A stretch of 64,000 bases of DNA, from contig CP066685.1 of assembly GCA_016432345.1 (NCBI GenBank), forward strand, positions 112,236 to 176,235, in the 5' to 3' direction. Below are positions 50,398 through 61,596 of the stretch, in pieces. The notes beneath the pieces are model-generated. The model made no database searches. It saw only the letters and a program-made list of their open reading frames with translations, and was not told the origin of the DNA. A program made the position numbers and the translations under genes. Source of the DNA: Candidatus Levyibacteriota bacterium. GTDB lineage: Bacteria; Patescibacteriota; Microgenomatia; Levybacterales; UBA12049. Every line of letters starts with the position of its first letter. Position 1 is the first letter of the stretch.

Positions 50398-51641
50398 AGG
50401 GCGAAGAAGAGAATTGTGCCTACAATAATAAGTGCTGCTCCAACTCCGCCAATTCCCAAAAATGTGTCTCCAGGGCCTGGTTGTTCTTTAAACTCTTTTT
50501 TTGGTAGAGGTGTTGGTGTATCTTGTGCAATAACAATTGGTGTTGGGGAAAGCGTTGATATTACAGTTCCTCCACCTGTTCCAGTAGGCGCGGGATTTAC
50601 CGTAATTGTTTGTTTGCAAGTGCTGCTTTCTGCGCTAAGTCCTCCTTTGTTATCGGTAAGTGTTGCTTTGGCTGTAAACGTTGTTGAATTATTATATGTG
50701 TGAGCTTTGGCTACGCTGATTGTTTTTGAACCAATGCCTCCCCCTGTGGTTACTGTCTCAACCGGTCCATCTCCAAAATCAAAGGTAACACTACTTATTG
50801 TGCCGTCTGGATCATTGCCATTAGCCGTAAAGGTAATAGAGAAGGGTGCGTTGCCAGATGTGGCGCGATCTATATTAAGCCCTGTACATATTGGTAGTTG
50901 ATTTGGTGTTGAGGCGCCTGGTTGTGTTGCGGGGATAGGCGTTGCTGAAGGTTGTCCTGGTATGGGAGTATTGATTGGTGTTGTACCTGCGGCAGCTGCA
51001 ATTTTTACAAGAGCAGGTAGCACCGAGGATAGTACATTTACTTCAGGATCAATAGTTGAAGTGGCATTTGATTTGGTTTGATCAAAAGAAATACTTACTC
51101 CTTCTGGCGCTGCAGCAAGTGTTTTAAACGTGATAGTTGCTATTTTTGTTTTCTGGGAAATTGCTTTTAGCGCGTCTGTGCCAACAGAAAGAGTGACAGA
51201 TGCATTGCCAGATGTATATGCTGGTGGAACAAGGGCGTTGCTGCCAAAACCTTGAGAGGCAGGGATTGATACTGGAAAGGTAAAGCCAAGTCCGGTACCT
51301 TTTGACGGATCTGCTTCTAATTTACTATTGTCGTAATTTATGTTAATTGTGGCGACAACAATTTTGTTTTTTTCCACTCCTGTGCCGCCAGTTGGATCAA
51401 GATAAATATCAAGCGAAATATTTTCATCAATATTTTTTTGAACAGGTGTTGTGGTGTTAAGACAAGTGCCATTAGTTTGAGGAAGGGTAAAACAAAGAAT
51501 AGTTGCTTGTTCGGCGCCTGATTTGGTGCGAGTTTGATTCTGAAGAAAAAAGACCGTGATGGGGATGACAGTAAGTAACGTTGCCAGAAACCCAAAGATA
51601 AGCAGTTTTTTGGTACTTAAAAACGTCATAGATACATCCAT
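50394..51641 (-). CDS. Secreted/anchored protein with a PKD domain and a C-terminal hydrophobic anchor
   Basis: N-terminal signal anchor; ...FTANGNDPDGTISSVTFDFGDGP... (PKD); tail ...QPGPGDTFLGIGGVGAALIIVGTILFFAL. Its stop shares the palindrome CTAG with the lepA stop. Confidence 0.6.
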   Translation of the reverse strand: MDVSMTFLSTKKLLIFGFLATLLTVIPITVFFLQNQTRTKSGAEQATILCFTLPQTNGTCLNTTTPVQKNIDENISLDIYLDPTGGTGVEKNKIVVATININYDNSKLEADPSKGTGLGFTFPVSIPASQGFGSNALVPPAYTSGNASVTLSVGTDALKAISQKTKIATITFKTLAAAPEGVSISFDQTKSNATSTIDPEVNVLSSVLPALVKIAAAAGTTPINTPIPGQPSATPIPATQPGASTPNQLPICTGLNIDRATSGNAPFSITFTANGNDPDGTISSVTFDFGDGPVETVTTGGGIGSKTISVAKAHTYNNSTTFTAKATLTDNKGGLSAESSTCKQTITVNPAPTGTGGGTVISTLSPTPIVIAQDTPTPLPKKEFKEQPGPGDTFLGIGGVGAALIIVGTILFFAL

Positions 51642-51701
51642 CGTATAGGAATTAAAAGATGCGTGTCAAGTAGAATCAACCGAGTAAGTTACTATAGGGT
51701 C

Positions 51702-51730
51702 TTGACAAAGGGAAAAAGATTTTGTATAAA
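51702..51730 (+). promoter_or_regulatory. groESL promoter: TTGACA, 17 nt, TATAAA
   Basis: cTTGACAaagggaaaaagattttgTATAAA read directly. Confidence 0.6.
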
Positions 51731-51757
51731 TTAGCAGTCACTAATTGTTAGTGATAT
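51731..51757 (+). promoter_or_regulatory. Degenerate CIRCE (HrcA operator) in the groES leader
   Basis: TTAGCAGTC-actaattgt-TAGTGATAT versus consensus TTAGCACTC-N9-GAGTGCTAA (8/9 and 6/9 matches). Confidence 0.5.
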
Positions 51758-51780
51758 TTTTTCGACAAATTTACTAATAT

Positions 51781-53720
<1,940 letters not shown>

Positions 53721-53751
53721 AGCCTCTCTATGGTATAGTAGAGAGACTTTT

Positions 53752-54594
53752 ATGAAGAAGGTTTTTTTGTTTCTTCTTCCACCTCTTATTGCTGTTATTG
53801 CTTTTTTATTACTCGTATTTTTTCTAAATAAAGAATCTGTTAAAGGAGCGCTTCAGGTAACCGCCAGTCTAAAAAGTAAAGTTTACTTAGATGGAAAACT
53901 GGTTGGCGAAACACCATTTTGCAAATGCGAAGGTGAAGATATGTTAAAAGTTGGTAGTTACACAGTTCGTCTTGTGCCAAAGGATGAAGGATTTTCTCCA
54001 TACGAGGAAAAAATTACTATTGGCCCATCAGTTTTAACAGTAGTAGATCGGATTTTTGGAAGCTCGGATTTAGGAGAGGGAAAAGTTATTACCTTGACGA
54101 AACTTCCTGACAAAGATAAATTAGAGCTTTTGGTAGTTTCTTTGCCGGAAGGGGTAGGTATATATCTTGATAACGTAGAAGTTGGAAAAACACCATACAA
54201 AAATACATCGTTAACAGCTTCTGATCATGAACTTAGATTAGTGCGAGATGGATATAGAGAAAAAACAATTCGAATTCGTACAGTTTTGGGATATAGAGTT
54301 ACTATTGCGGCAACTTTGGGTGTTTTTCCTAATTTAACAACAGCTACATCTTCTGCGGAAACACAAATAGCGACTGAATCGGCGTTACCCTCTGTTACTA
54401 AAATTATCATTGTGAATACACCAACTGGTTTTTTGCGTGTTAGAGAAAGCGGGTCTTTGTCTTCTTCGGAAATTGCCAGAGTAAATCCTGGGGAAACTTA
54501 TGATTTGGTGGAAGAAAAAGAAGGTTGGTTTTCGATTAAGCTTAAAGATGGAAAAGTTGGCTGGGTAAGTAACCAGTACGCAAAGAAACAATAG
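53752..54594 (+). CDS. Membrane-anchored protein with two PEGA domains and a C-terminal SH3b domain
   Basis: ...VYLDGKLVGETPF... and ...PEGVGIYLDNVEVGKTPY... (PEGA); ...GFLRVRESGS...GWFSIKLKDGKVGWVSNQY (SH3_3). ATG at 53752. Confidence 0.7.
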   Translation: MKKVFLFLLPPLIAVIAFLLLVFFLNKESVKGALQVTASLKSKVYLDGKLVGETPFCKCEGEDMLKVGSYTVRLVPKDEGFSPYEEKITIGPSVLTVVDRIFGSSDLGEGKVITLTKLPDKDKLELLVVSLPEGVGIYLDNVEVGKTPYKNTSLTASDHELRLVRDGYREKTIRIRTVLGYRVTIAATLGVFPNLTTATSSAETQIATESALPSVTKIIIVNTPTGFLRVRESGSLSSSEIARVNPGETYDLVEEKEGWFSIKLKDGKVGWVSNQYAKKQ

Positions 54595-54596
54595 TT

Positions 54597-55541
54597 TTAT
54601 CCTCCAAATAAGTAAATGGTGGAAATAACTAGAACTACCCAAATAATAACTGTTATTAAAAGCGGTCTATCGGATAGAAGCACTTTGTCTGGGCTTTCGC
54701 CTTCGTGTTTTTCGTAGATGTCTTGCAGATAGCGCATGAGGCCGTAAACCACAGGGATAATAGTGATCATCAGCCACTTTTTTTGTAAAAACTCTGGCAA
54801 AAATTGAGGCATAAGAAAACCAAATGATGGTTTATATCCTGTTTGATTCTCTAAAAAAGTAAACAGGGCATAGGTAATAAATGTCGAGGTGGCAAAAATT
54901 GAGGCATATACGTCAAGTAGCCTTTCTGAATAATGAGAAAGAGATGAGCGAACTAGTTTTTTTTGAGCATCTGAGTATTTGGAAATAAGGGTAAGTTCCG
55001 AACGTCTTTTCCCAATAGCTAAAAAAAGCGAGATAGAAATTGTAGTTAGAAGTAACCATACTGATATATGAAGTCCTGTGGCAAATTCACCAGCATAGAC
55101 TCTTAATATATATCCTCCAGCCAGAGCCAAAATATCAATAATGGCAATGTGTTTTAATACCATAGAATAATATACTTGAAGAAAAAGATAAGTGATCATT
55201 AAAATAAAAAATCCTTTTCCAATAGATGAGCCAGCCCACAGAGATAGAGCAGTTAACACAAAGGCAATAATTAGAGCGAAAGAAATAGAAAGCGACCGAT
55301 TGGCCAGTGGTCTAAACTTTTTAAATGGATGAAGGCGGTCTTTTTCGATATCAAAAATGTCATTCATAATATAGATTGCTGAAGATAAACCACAAAATAT
55401 GAAAAATGCAACAAGAACCTGTTGGAGAAGGACTGTATTTAAAAGTCCGCCGTTAAAAGTAATAGCAGCAAAAACGGCCAAATTTTTAATCCATTGCCTA
55501 GGTCGAAGTAATTTTAGTGTGCTAAATGCTTTTTTTATCAT
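54597..55541 (-). CDS. UbiA-family prenyl-phosphate phosphoribosyltransferase, decaprenyl-phosphate phosphoribosyltransferase (DPPR synthase)-like
   Basis: ...LRPRQWIKNL...; NDIFDIEKDRLHPFKKFRPLA closely parallels the NDxxDxxxDRxHPxKxxRPxA motif of the Rv3806c subfamily as I recall it. Confidence 0.7.
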   Translation of the reverse strand: MIKKAFSTLKLLRPRQWIKNLAVFAAITFNGGLLNTVLLQQVLVAFFIFCGLSSAIYIMNDIFDIEKDRLHPFKKFRPLANRSLSISFALIIAFVLTALSLWAGSSIGKGFFILMITYLFLQVYYSMVLKHIAIIDILALAGGYILRVYAGEFATGLHISVWLLLTTISISLFLAIGKRRSELTLISKYSDAQKKLVRSSLSHYSERLLDVYASIFATSTFITYALFTFLENQTGYKPSFGFLMPQFLPEFLQKKWLMITIIPVVYGLMRYLQDIYEKHEGESPDKVLLSDRPLLITVIIWVVLVISTIYLFGG

Positions 55542-56589
55542 TGCTTCCTTTCATAAGGAATTGCAAGGCAAGAATTGCGCCTCCTGTAACAATAGCAATC
55601 ATAAGGATTGCGAATAGTTTGCCGCGGCTTGGAAGCATTAACGAAACAAGACCAAATATAGCAGAAACAATCCAGTAAAACAATGCAATGCGCGGAGCAT
55701 CCAACCCAAGGCGAAGCAGCAGGTGATGAAAATGTTTATTGTCATGTTTGAAGGGAGAATGTCCTGTTGCAATGCGTCTTGTGATAGTAACAATTCCATC
55801 AATCATCGGGATAGCCATAACCATAATGGCGGTGGCAAGCTTTACGCCTGAAAGAATAGAAACAACAGCTAGTAGCATATACATAGCAGTTGCTCCATAG
55901 CCTGGAAAAATTCGGGCCGGATAAAAATTAAATAGTAAAAATCCTAAAGAACTTCCGGCAATAATAAAAGAAAGCGTTGCGGCGATAAATGTGTTTTCAT
56001 CCGAAATTGGAAATCGTAGACTTAAAATACCAATAACAATAGCCGAGATGGCAACTATTCCTGGCATTTGACCGTCTACTCCGGTGCTCCAGTTAATCAT
56101 GTTGGTTACCCAGACAATCCAGATAATTGCAATAATAGAGGTAAGATTAAAAGTATAGGTAAAAAAGGGCAGTATAACTTTGTCAAGATGAAGTATGCCT
56201 CCTAAAGGATTAGTAATAAATGGTATGTTTGTACCTGCCCAAACAACAAGTATGGCGCAAAAAATGTTTACTCCAAATCTTAGGTATGGTGAAATATCGT
56301 ATTTATCATCAAGTACGCCAACGATAAGAGCGATAAATGCGGATAAAAAAAGCACCATCACCATTGGTGTAAAGGGTAAAAAGAGCATTGCAGGTATAAA
56401 CATGCCAATAAAAAGAGGTATGCCGCCACCTCTCGGAATTGGTTTTTTGTGAATTATAGCTGGATGTTTGTGTTTTTTGGGATCGTCAAGAATTTTTAAA
56501 GACCGCATAAGCGGCAGGGAAAAAGCAGTTGCAGTGGCGCTGACTATAAATGAAGCAAGAATGGAGAAAAAAATACTAGTAAATTCCAT
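55522..56589 (-). CDS. Polyprenyl-phosphate sugar-1-phosphate transferase (GT4; MraY/WecA family)
   Basis: ...IPRGGGIPLF...VGVLDDKYDISP...; 10-11 TM. Confidence 0.8.
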   Translation of the reverse strand: MEFTSIFFSILASFIVSATATAFSLPLMRSLKILDDPKKHKHPAIIHKKPIPRGGGIPLFIGMFIPAMLFLPFTPMVMVLFLSAFIALIVGVLDDKYDISPYLRFGVNIFCAILVVWAGTNIPFITNPLGGILHLDKVILPFFTYTFNLTSIIAIIWIVWVTNMINWSTGVDGQMPGIVAISAIVIGILSLRFPISDENTFIAATLSFIIAGSSLGFLLFNFYPARIFPGYGATAMYMLLAVVSILSGVKLATAIMVMAIPMIDGIVTITRRIATGHSPFKHDNKHFHHLLLRLGLDAPRIALFYWIVSAIFGLVSLMLPSRGKLFAILMIAIVTGGAILALQFLMKGSNDKKSI

Positions 56590-56592
56590 GAT

Positions 56593-56958
56593 TTAAATAA
56601 TAATAAACACTGTTCTGATAATAAGAATGAATGAAAAAAACGCAACAAGAAAACTTGTCATGCAAAGAAATCTAGCCACCAGCGGCATTTTATTATAAAT
56701 AAAATAGGAGCAAAAAAAATTGCTAATTACAATAAAAACAGACATCAAAAGTGGAATAAAAATTTGTGATTTTGTGGCGAGTCTTTCTTCTCCCCAAGGC
56801 ATTTGATTATAAAGGGGAATAACTGGAGGAAATTTAGGAAGATAAAAAAGTAAAAAGAAGAGTTGTAATATGCAAAAAAAAGCCGAAAGCGCAATACTGC
56901 CAAATATAATTTTGTCTTCTAGGAGATCTTTAAAATTTTTTCTCATAAACTTGAGCAT
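56593..56958 (-). CDS. Hypothetical 4-TM membrane protein
   Basis: 121 aa; hydrophobic profile only. Overlaps the upstream GT-C stop by 29 nt. Confidence 0.4.
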   Translation of the reverse strand: MLKFMRKNFKDLLEDKIIFGSIALSAFFCILQLFFLLFYLPKFPPVIPLYNQMPWGEERLATKSQIFIPLLMSVFIVISNFFCSYFIYNKMPLVARFLCMTSFLVAFFSFILIIRTVFIII

Positions 56959-58387
56959 CGTAAATCATAATTTGTTCCTGATAGTCTTTTATAGAAAATG
57001 GTATAGATTGATTGTGGGACGAAACAATAAAAGTTGGTTTTATTTTATTTATTGCTATTTGTGTTTCTGCAAGTGTCTGCGGCGATGATGTTATATGGTA
57101 TGCAACGATAAATCGGCCGGGGGGAAGTTCATTTAGAAGCGCATACACTTGTCCATTATTTCCCCAAATAAATACTGTGTCATTTTTTTCCATGTGTGTT
57201 TTAAGATAGCTTGCAATTGCATAATCGGCTGGTGTATGTTTGTCAAAAAAACTTTGGTATGCAGCTACACTTTTTTTGTTAGCAACAAAAGATAAATAAT
57301 TTTCGTAATAAGAGAATATTTTTGTATAAAAAGTGAAGTTTAATCCAACAATAATTATTGTAAAGAAAAGCATAAGACCGACAATTTTTTTATATGCTTT
57401 TGTTTTGTTTTCTGTTAGAAAGAGTCCTAGCATAAGAGAGAAACTTGGGAGTAAAATCAGCAGATAATGCGTGTATGGTCTTTGAGAAAAAAAGGTATTA
57501 AAAAGGGAAAATATAAACCAAATGAAAATGAAAAGTTCAGATGAAGAGAATAAATTTCTTTTTTTGAAAAGAAAAATAGAGCCAGAAAATAAGAAGAAAA
57601 GTTTTAACAAGAGTAATCCTTGTGGAATGAGGAGACGATTGCCATAACTTACGTAGCCAATATTTTGACGAAGCGTTGCTTCTAAAAAGGGCGTGAAAGC
57701 GCCTTTAAAGAAGAAAAACGCTGCTGTAAGAAAAAGAGGAACTGCAAATGCAGCAAAAAATAACATAAGATGTTTTATAATTTGGTTTATAGATTTACTG
57801 CTGTTTTTTTCTATATAAATAAGAAAGAGGGTAAATGCCGCAAAATCAAAAATGGCGACAATTTTAAAAAGAAAAGCAAGAGAAAGGAAGAAGCCAGCAA
57901 TAATAAGCGTATAGGGTTTAGCGTTTAGCGTATAGTTGTAAATTAAAAATCCTGCGAGAATAATTGGAAGGAGCATAAAGTTTTCGGCATTGGCGATGTT
58001 GCCTTCTAAAAGAGGAAGTCCAAATAAAAGCGCAAAAAAACCAACGGATAAAAAAACTGCTTTTTCAGCTTTTAATAGTTTCTTCGAAATTAAATAAAAA
58101 GTAAAAACTGCCAGAATTCCAAATACAAAAGATAAAACTCGTAAACTAAATTGATCTGAGGAAAAAAGAGCATAGATAATATAGAGAAGCGGAGGCTTGT
58201 TGTCCCAAATATCTTTATAAAGCAATCTATTCTCATTTAACGCAATGCCAATGACTTGGTAAATTCCTTCGTCGCCATACCAATATGGTTCTATAAACGA
58301 AGGAAGACGCAATAAGAAAAATACTACAGTTACGCCAATTAAAAACCAGCAGTCTTTAGTTTTCTCGATTTTTGTCAGTAATTTCAT
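56930..58387 (-). CDS. GT-C membrane glycosyltransferase (ArnT/PMT-like)
   Basis: 485 aa; first loop ...YWYGDEGIY...DIWDNKPPLLY... is typical of family 39/83-like enzymes. Confidence 0.65.
   Translation of the reverse strand: MKLLTKIEKTKDCWFLIGVTVVFFLLRLPSFIEPYWYGDEGIYQVIGIALNENRLLYKDIWDNKPPLLYIIYALFSSDQFSLRVLSFVFGILAVFTFYLISKKLLKAEKAVFLSVGFFALLFGLPLLEGNIANAENFMLLPIILAGFLIYNYTLNAKPYTLIIAGFFLSLAFLFKIVAIFDFAAFTLFLIYIEKNSSKSINQIIKHLMLFFAAFAVPLFLTAAFFFFKGAFTPFLEATLRQNIGYVSYGNRLLIPQGLLLLKLFFLFSGSIFLFKKRNLFSSSELFIFIWFIFSLFNTFFSQRPYTHYLLILLPSFSLMLGLFLTENKTKAYKKIVGLMLFFTIIIVGLNFTFYTKIFSYYENYLSFVANKKSVAAYQSFFDKHTPADYAIASYLKTHMEKNDTVFIWGNNGQVYALLNELPPGRFIVAYHITSSPQTLAETQIAINKIKPTFIVSSHNQSIPFSIKDYQEQIMIYDAQVYEKKF
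57907..57941. repeat. 35-nt heptamer-phased element AGCGTAT AGGGTTT AGCGTTT AGCGTAT AGTTGTA
   Basis: Read directly; the sense strand encodes ...YNYTLNAKPYTLII... Confidence 0.9.
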
Positions 58388-59881
58388 TTATAACTTTTCG
58401 GTAACTTTATATTCAAGTCGCTTCCCAAACATCAGTTGGGTATGGGAAATAATAGCTGGAAGCGTTGATAGAAAAAATCCAACTATTGGTAAAAGGACAA
58501 ACTCAAGCGGAAAAAGAAATTGTTTAGCTGTAGAAACACGGGTGTCTTTTGGTCGTTGGCGATAATCAATTATTATCATAATAAGTGTGGCAAAAAGACA
58601 AAAGGTAAGAATAATGCCAGCCAGTCGTGGAAGATTGTACCCAAGTGTTGTTCGTGAGAAAGCAGGGTTTATAAAGGGCATAATGTTGGCCGCAACGGTA
58701 ATAATGAACCAATTAACAGGCCAGAGAAAATGGTCCAAAAGCACGTAGAAAAGCATCATGGTTTTTTGTACAAATGGCACACCAGGAACTGTTAGCCACC
58801 ATTTAATAAATACTGGGTCGTCTGATACTCCCCACGACCATCGTCTCTCTTGATCATACTTATTTTTAAGGGTTTTTAAGTATGTTGAAGACAATGGTGC
58901 ATCCATGGAGGTTTTTAAGAAAATTGGCTCTACATAGGCGTTGCCTTTGAGTATATAAAATGCCTTAAAAAAGATGCGGTAATCTTCTGGAATAACATCT
59001 GTATCCCAAAAATCAATTTGCCGCAAGAGCCGCAATGAGAGCGAGTAGGTGGAGTTGGCAACCAAGCGATCTTTCTGAACCAAAAGACCTGTTCGCCACA
59101 GACTGCCAAAAAAGGATAAAACGCGGATAGGAGCTGGAACTTTCCAGAAATTATTATAATTAACATTTGCAGATTGCCAAAATGTGTTGTATTTATTTTT
59201 GTTGGAGAGAAATTTGTGTGTTAGATACGCAAAATACTGCCTATCAAAAATGGAGTCGGCATCAACGGAAGAGATGGTGGCAAAGTCCTCGTTAATAACG
59301 CCCTTTTCTACCCAAACTATATAGGCTTTTTTAGCGGCAAATGCTTGGTTTGATGATTTTCCTTTTACTTCTCCTGGCATATCTGTATGGAAGGTGGCAA
59401 TCATTCCGCCAAATTTATAGCCAAATTCTTGGATAAGAGTATTAGCTTTTTGTTGGACATCTTGTTCTCTCTCTTCCATCCCCAAAACGACAAAGAGCTT
59501 TTTTGTGGTAATGGTTTGATTTGCAATAGAAGCAATTGATTGGCGAAGCTTTTCAATACTTTCTTTATAGTTGGGAATAACAATTACGTGGGTTATTTTT
59601 TTAAACTCTTTTAGCGTTTTTACTTCTTTTACCCAATCTTGCGCTTCGGCCCTTCGAATGCGGCGTGAAGCTATAAAGGCGGTTATTGCCAAGGAGAATG
59701 ATTTGTAAAACCAATAGACATCAAAAAAAAGAATAAAATAAGCAAGGGCAAGAGGGAAAAAAAGCGATCCCCAGATTGGGAAAAAGATTAGCGTCCAAGA
59801 AATTACTCCTGGCAATAGCTCAAGAGCACGTCGTGTTTTGACAGGATAGCGAGTAAAAATTCTATCGAAAAAATGGGTCAT
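58388..59881 (-). CDS. Membrane-embedded family-2 glycosyltransferase (processive, cellulose/chitin-synthase-like)
   Basis: ...VIVIPNYKE...SVDADS...QERRWSWG (D, DxD, Q-x2-RW pattern); TM segments on both sides. Confidence 0.75.
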   Translation of the reverse strand: MTHFFDRIFTRYPVKTRRALELLPGVISWTLIFFPIWGSLFFPLALAYFILFFDVYWFYKSFSLAITAFIASRRIRRAEAQDWVKEVKTLKEFKKITHVIVIPNYKESIEKLRQSIASIANQTITTKKLFVVLGMEEREQDVQQKANTLIQEFGYKFGGMIATFHTDMPGEVKGKSSNQAFAAKKAYIVWVEKGVINEDFATISSVDADSIFDRQYFAYLTHKFLSNKNKYNTFWQSANVNYNNFWKVPAPIRVLSFFGSLWRTGLLVQKDRLVANSTYSLSLRLLRQIDFWDTDVIPEDYRIFFKAFYILKGNAYVEPIFLKTSMDAPLSSTYLKTLKNKYDQERRWSWGVSDDPVFIKWWLTVPGVPFVQKTMMLFYVLLDHFLWPVNWFIITVAANIMPFINPAFSRTTLGYNLPRLAGIILTFCLFATLIMIIIDYRQRPKDTRVSTAKQFLFPLEFVLLPIVGFFLSTLPAIISHTQLMFGKRLEYKVTEKL

Positions 59882-60693
59882 AGTCTAAAAATTGCTTTGG
59901 CGTTTTTGGTTGTTTGCGTATCAACTTCCTCAAGCGAAATACCTTTAATTTTGGCTATTTCTTGCCCTACTAGTATAGCATATTGCGGTTCGTTTCTCTT
60001 GCCCCTATAGGGTATTGGAGTAAGGTAGGGACTATCTGTCTCGATAACAATTCGATCAAGAGGTACGTAGTTTACAAGTTCGGAAAGTTCGGTATCCTCA
60101 CCAGGAGCTAATCCTTTATAGGTAATATTACCGTCAAAGCCTACATAAAAGCCTAAATCAAGCACTTTTTTGGTGAATCCAATATTTCCTGAAAAACAAT
60201 GAAACATTCCAGGAGGATTAAAGATTAATGATTTATGATTAATGAGAATATCTAAAATTTCTTTTCCGGCGTGGCGGTTGTGGATTTGCAAAGGTAATTT
60301 AAGCTTATGAGCAAGTTCAATTTGCTGTATAAAAATTTCTGCTTGTAATTTTGGGTCGGTAATGCCGTTTGATTGGTATCGGTAGTTATCCATACCAATT
60401 TCGCCAATAGCCACTACTTTTTTGCTCGATTTTGCTATGGTTTTAAGTTGTGTAAGCCAATCTGTTCCAAGTTCGATTTTGTCTGCATGGTGGGGGTGAA
60501 CGCCCACAATGGCATACATTTCGCCAGCTGGCGAATCGTATTTTTCTGCCAGTTCGACAGCCTTCTGGCTGGAATCAATCTTGGTGCCAACATTTATAAT
60601 GGTTGTTACACCGGCCGCAAAAGCACGTTTTGCAACCTCATCGTAGTCATTATCATAAGCTTGAAAATTAAGGTGGCAATGGATATCAATCAT
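59878..60693 (-). CDS. tatD: TatD-family metal-dependent hydrolase
   Basis: MIDIHCHLNF...GEIGMD...HNRHA...ETDSPYL. Confidence 0.88.
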   Translation of the reverse strand: MIDIHCHLNFQAYDNDYDEVAKRAFAAGVTTIINVGTKIDSSQKAVELAEKYDSPAGEMYAIVGVHPHHADKIELGTDWLTQLKTIAKSSKKVVAIGEIGMDNYRYQSNGITDPKLQAEIFIQQIELAHKLKLPLQIHNRHAGKEILDILINHKSLIFNPPGMFHCFSGNIGFTKKVLDLGFYVGFDGNITYKGLAPGEDTELSELVNYVPLDRIVIETDSPYLTPIPYRGKRNEPQYAILVGQEIAKIKGISLEEVDTQTTKNAKAIFRL

Positions 60694-60721
60694 AGATTCT
60701 ATTATAATAGATTCTATTATA
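60692..60721. repeat. Perfect 15-nt tandem duplication ATAGATTCTATTATA x2
   Basis: Read directly. Spans the tatD start codon and the tatD/SemiSWEET divergent spacer. Each copy carries a TATTATA(A) -10-like box. Confidence 0.9.
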
Positions 60722-60738
60722 CTCGTAATTATTCAAAA

Positions 60739-61002
60739 ATGAACACAGTTCAAATTGCAGATATGTTTGGTTATGCGGCAGCCGGAATTGGTATTGTTAT
60801 GTTTATACCCCAAGTATTGCAGTGTATGAAGACTAAAGATACCAAAGCCATTTCAACTTTTACCTTTTTTCTTTTCGCACTCGCTTCATTGCTGTGGTTA
60901 ATATATGGAGTTTTGCTAAAAGCGTATCCAGTTATTCTTGTAAACAGCGTTCTTTTGGTTCTCAGTCTTTTTATCCTTTTCCTCAAACGTAAATACGGGT
61001 AG
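60739..61002 (+). CDS. SemiSWEET (single PQ-loop / MtN3) sugar transporter
   Basis: 87 aa, 3 TM; ...GIVMFIPQVLQCMKTKDTKAIS... (PQ motif). Only the C-terminal part of track ORF 60373-61002 is real. Confidence 0.75.
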   Translation: MNTVQIADMFGYAAAGIGIVMFIPQVLQCMKTKDTKAISTFTFFLFALASLLWLIYGVLLKAYPVILVNSVLLVLSLFILFLKRKYG

Positions 61003-61039
61003 TGATTAAAAGTAAGGTAGGGTATTTTGTAATTTTGAT

Positions 61040-61294
61040 TCAATAAATCTCATGTGTGCCTACAGTATGGAACCAAATTACATCTTTTTCTTTAAATTCA
61101 AACAAAATTCTATACTGATAATTAATAGAAAAAGCCCAGAAATCTTTTAATTTTCCTGTCAATTTGTGAGTTTTTAGCCTTATATCACGAGGGTTTTTTC
61201 GGAAAATTTTTTCTTTTTTCTCTGCTTCGTCTTTAATTTTCTTAGGTAATTGTTTATATGCTTTAACAAATCTACTCGAATAATATATTTTCAT
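61040..61294 (-). CDS. RelE/ParE-superfamily toxin
   Basis: 84 aa; ...KTHKLTGKLKDFWAFSINYQYRILFEFKEKDVIWFHTVGTHEIY. Confidence 0.75.
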   Translation of the reverse strand: MKIYYSSRFVKAYKQLPKKIKDEAEKKEKIFRKNPRDIRLKTHKLTGKLKDFWAFSINYQYRILFEFKEKDVIWFHTVGTHEIY

Positions 61295-61298
61295 TTTC

Positions 61299-61595
61299 CT
61301 ATCGGAGATCGCGAAGAGATTTTAAAATTTGACCTTTTCCTGCGTTTAATTCTTTTCTACTTTCCTGCAATTCTGTGCGGATTTTATCAATTAATCGATA
61401 CGCATCTTTTTCTGATAAGTTGACAATTTGAGCAGAAGTTTTAATTGCAAGATAATCCTCGTCTATCTTACCTGCGGTAAGACTTTTTGCCACGCCTTTA
61501 ATTCCCGTTCCAAAAACAGTCAAAAATTTTGTTATTTCCCAAAGCTCGCCTCCTGTAATTCCTGGAGTAGGAGAATAGGTTAATAATGCTGTCAT
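61299..61595 (-). CDS. Putative cognate antitoxin with an unusual N-terminal extension
   Basis: 98 aa; C-terminal ...EKDAYRLIDKIRTELQESRKELNAGKGQILKSLRDL is antitoxin-like. The N-terminal 55 aa are unrecognised. Ends 4 nt before the toxin gene. Confidence 0.4.
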   Translation of the reverse strand: MTALLTYSPTPGITGGELWEITKFLTVFGTGIKGVAKSLTAGKIDEDYLAIKTSAQIVNLSEKDAYRLIDKIRTELQESRKELNAGKGQILKSLRDLR

Positions 61596-61596
61596 A

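Noticed and set aside
60373-60738. N-terminal 122 aa of track ORF 60373-61002
   Set aside because: This part is antisense to tatD and crosses the promoter region. Only the ATG at 60739 gives the 87-aa, 3-TM SemiSWEET protein.
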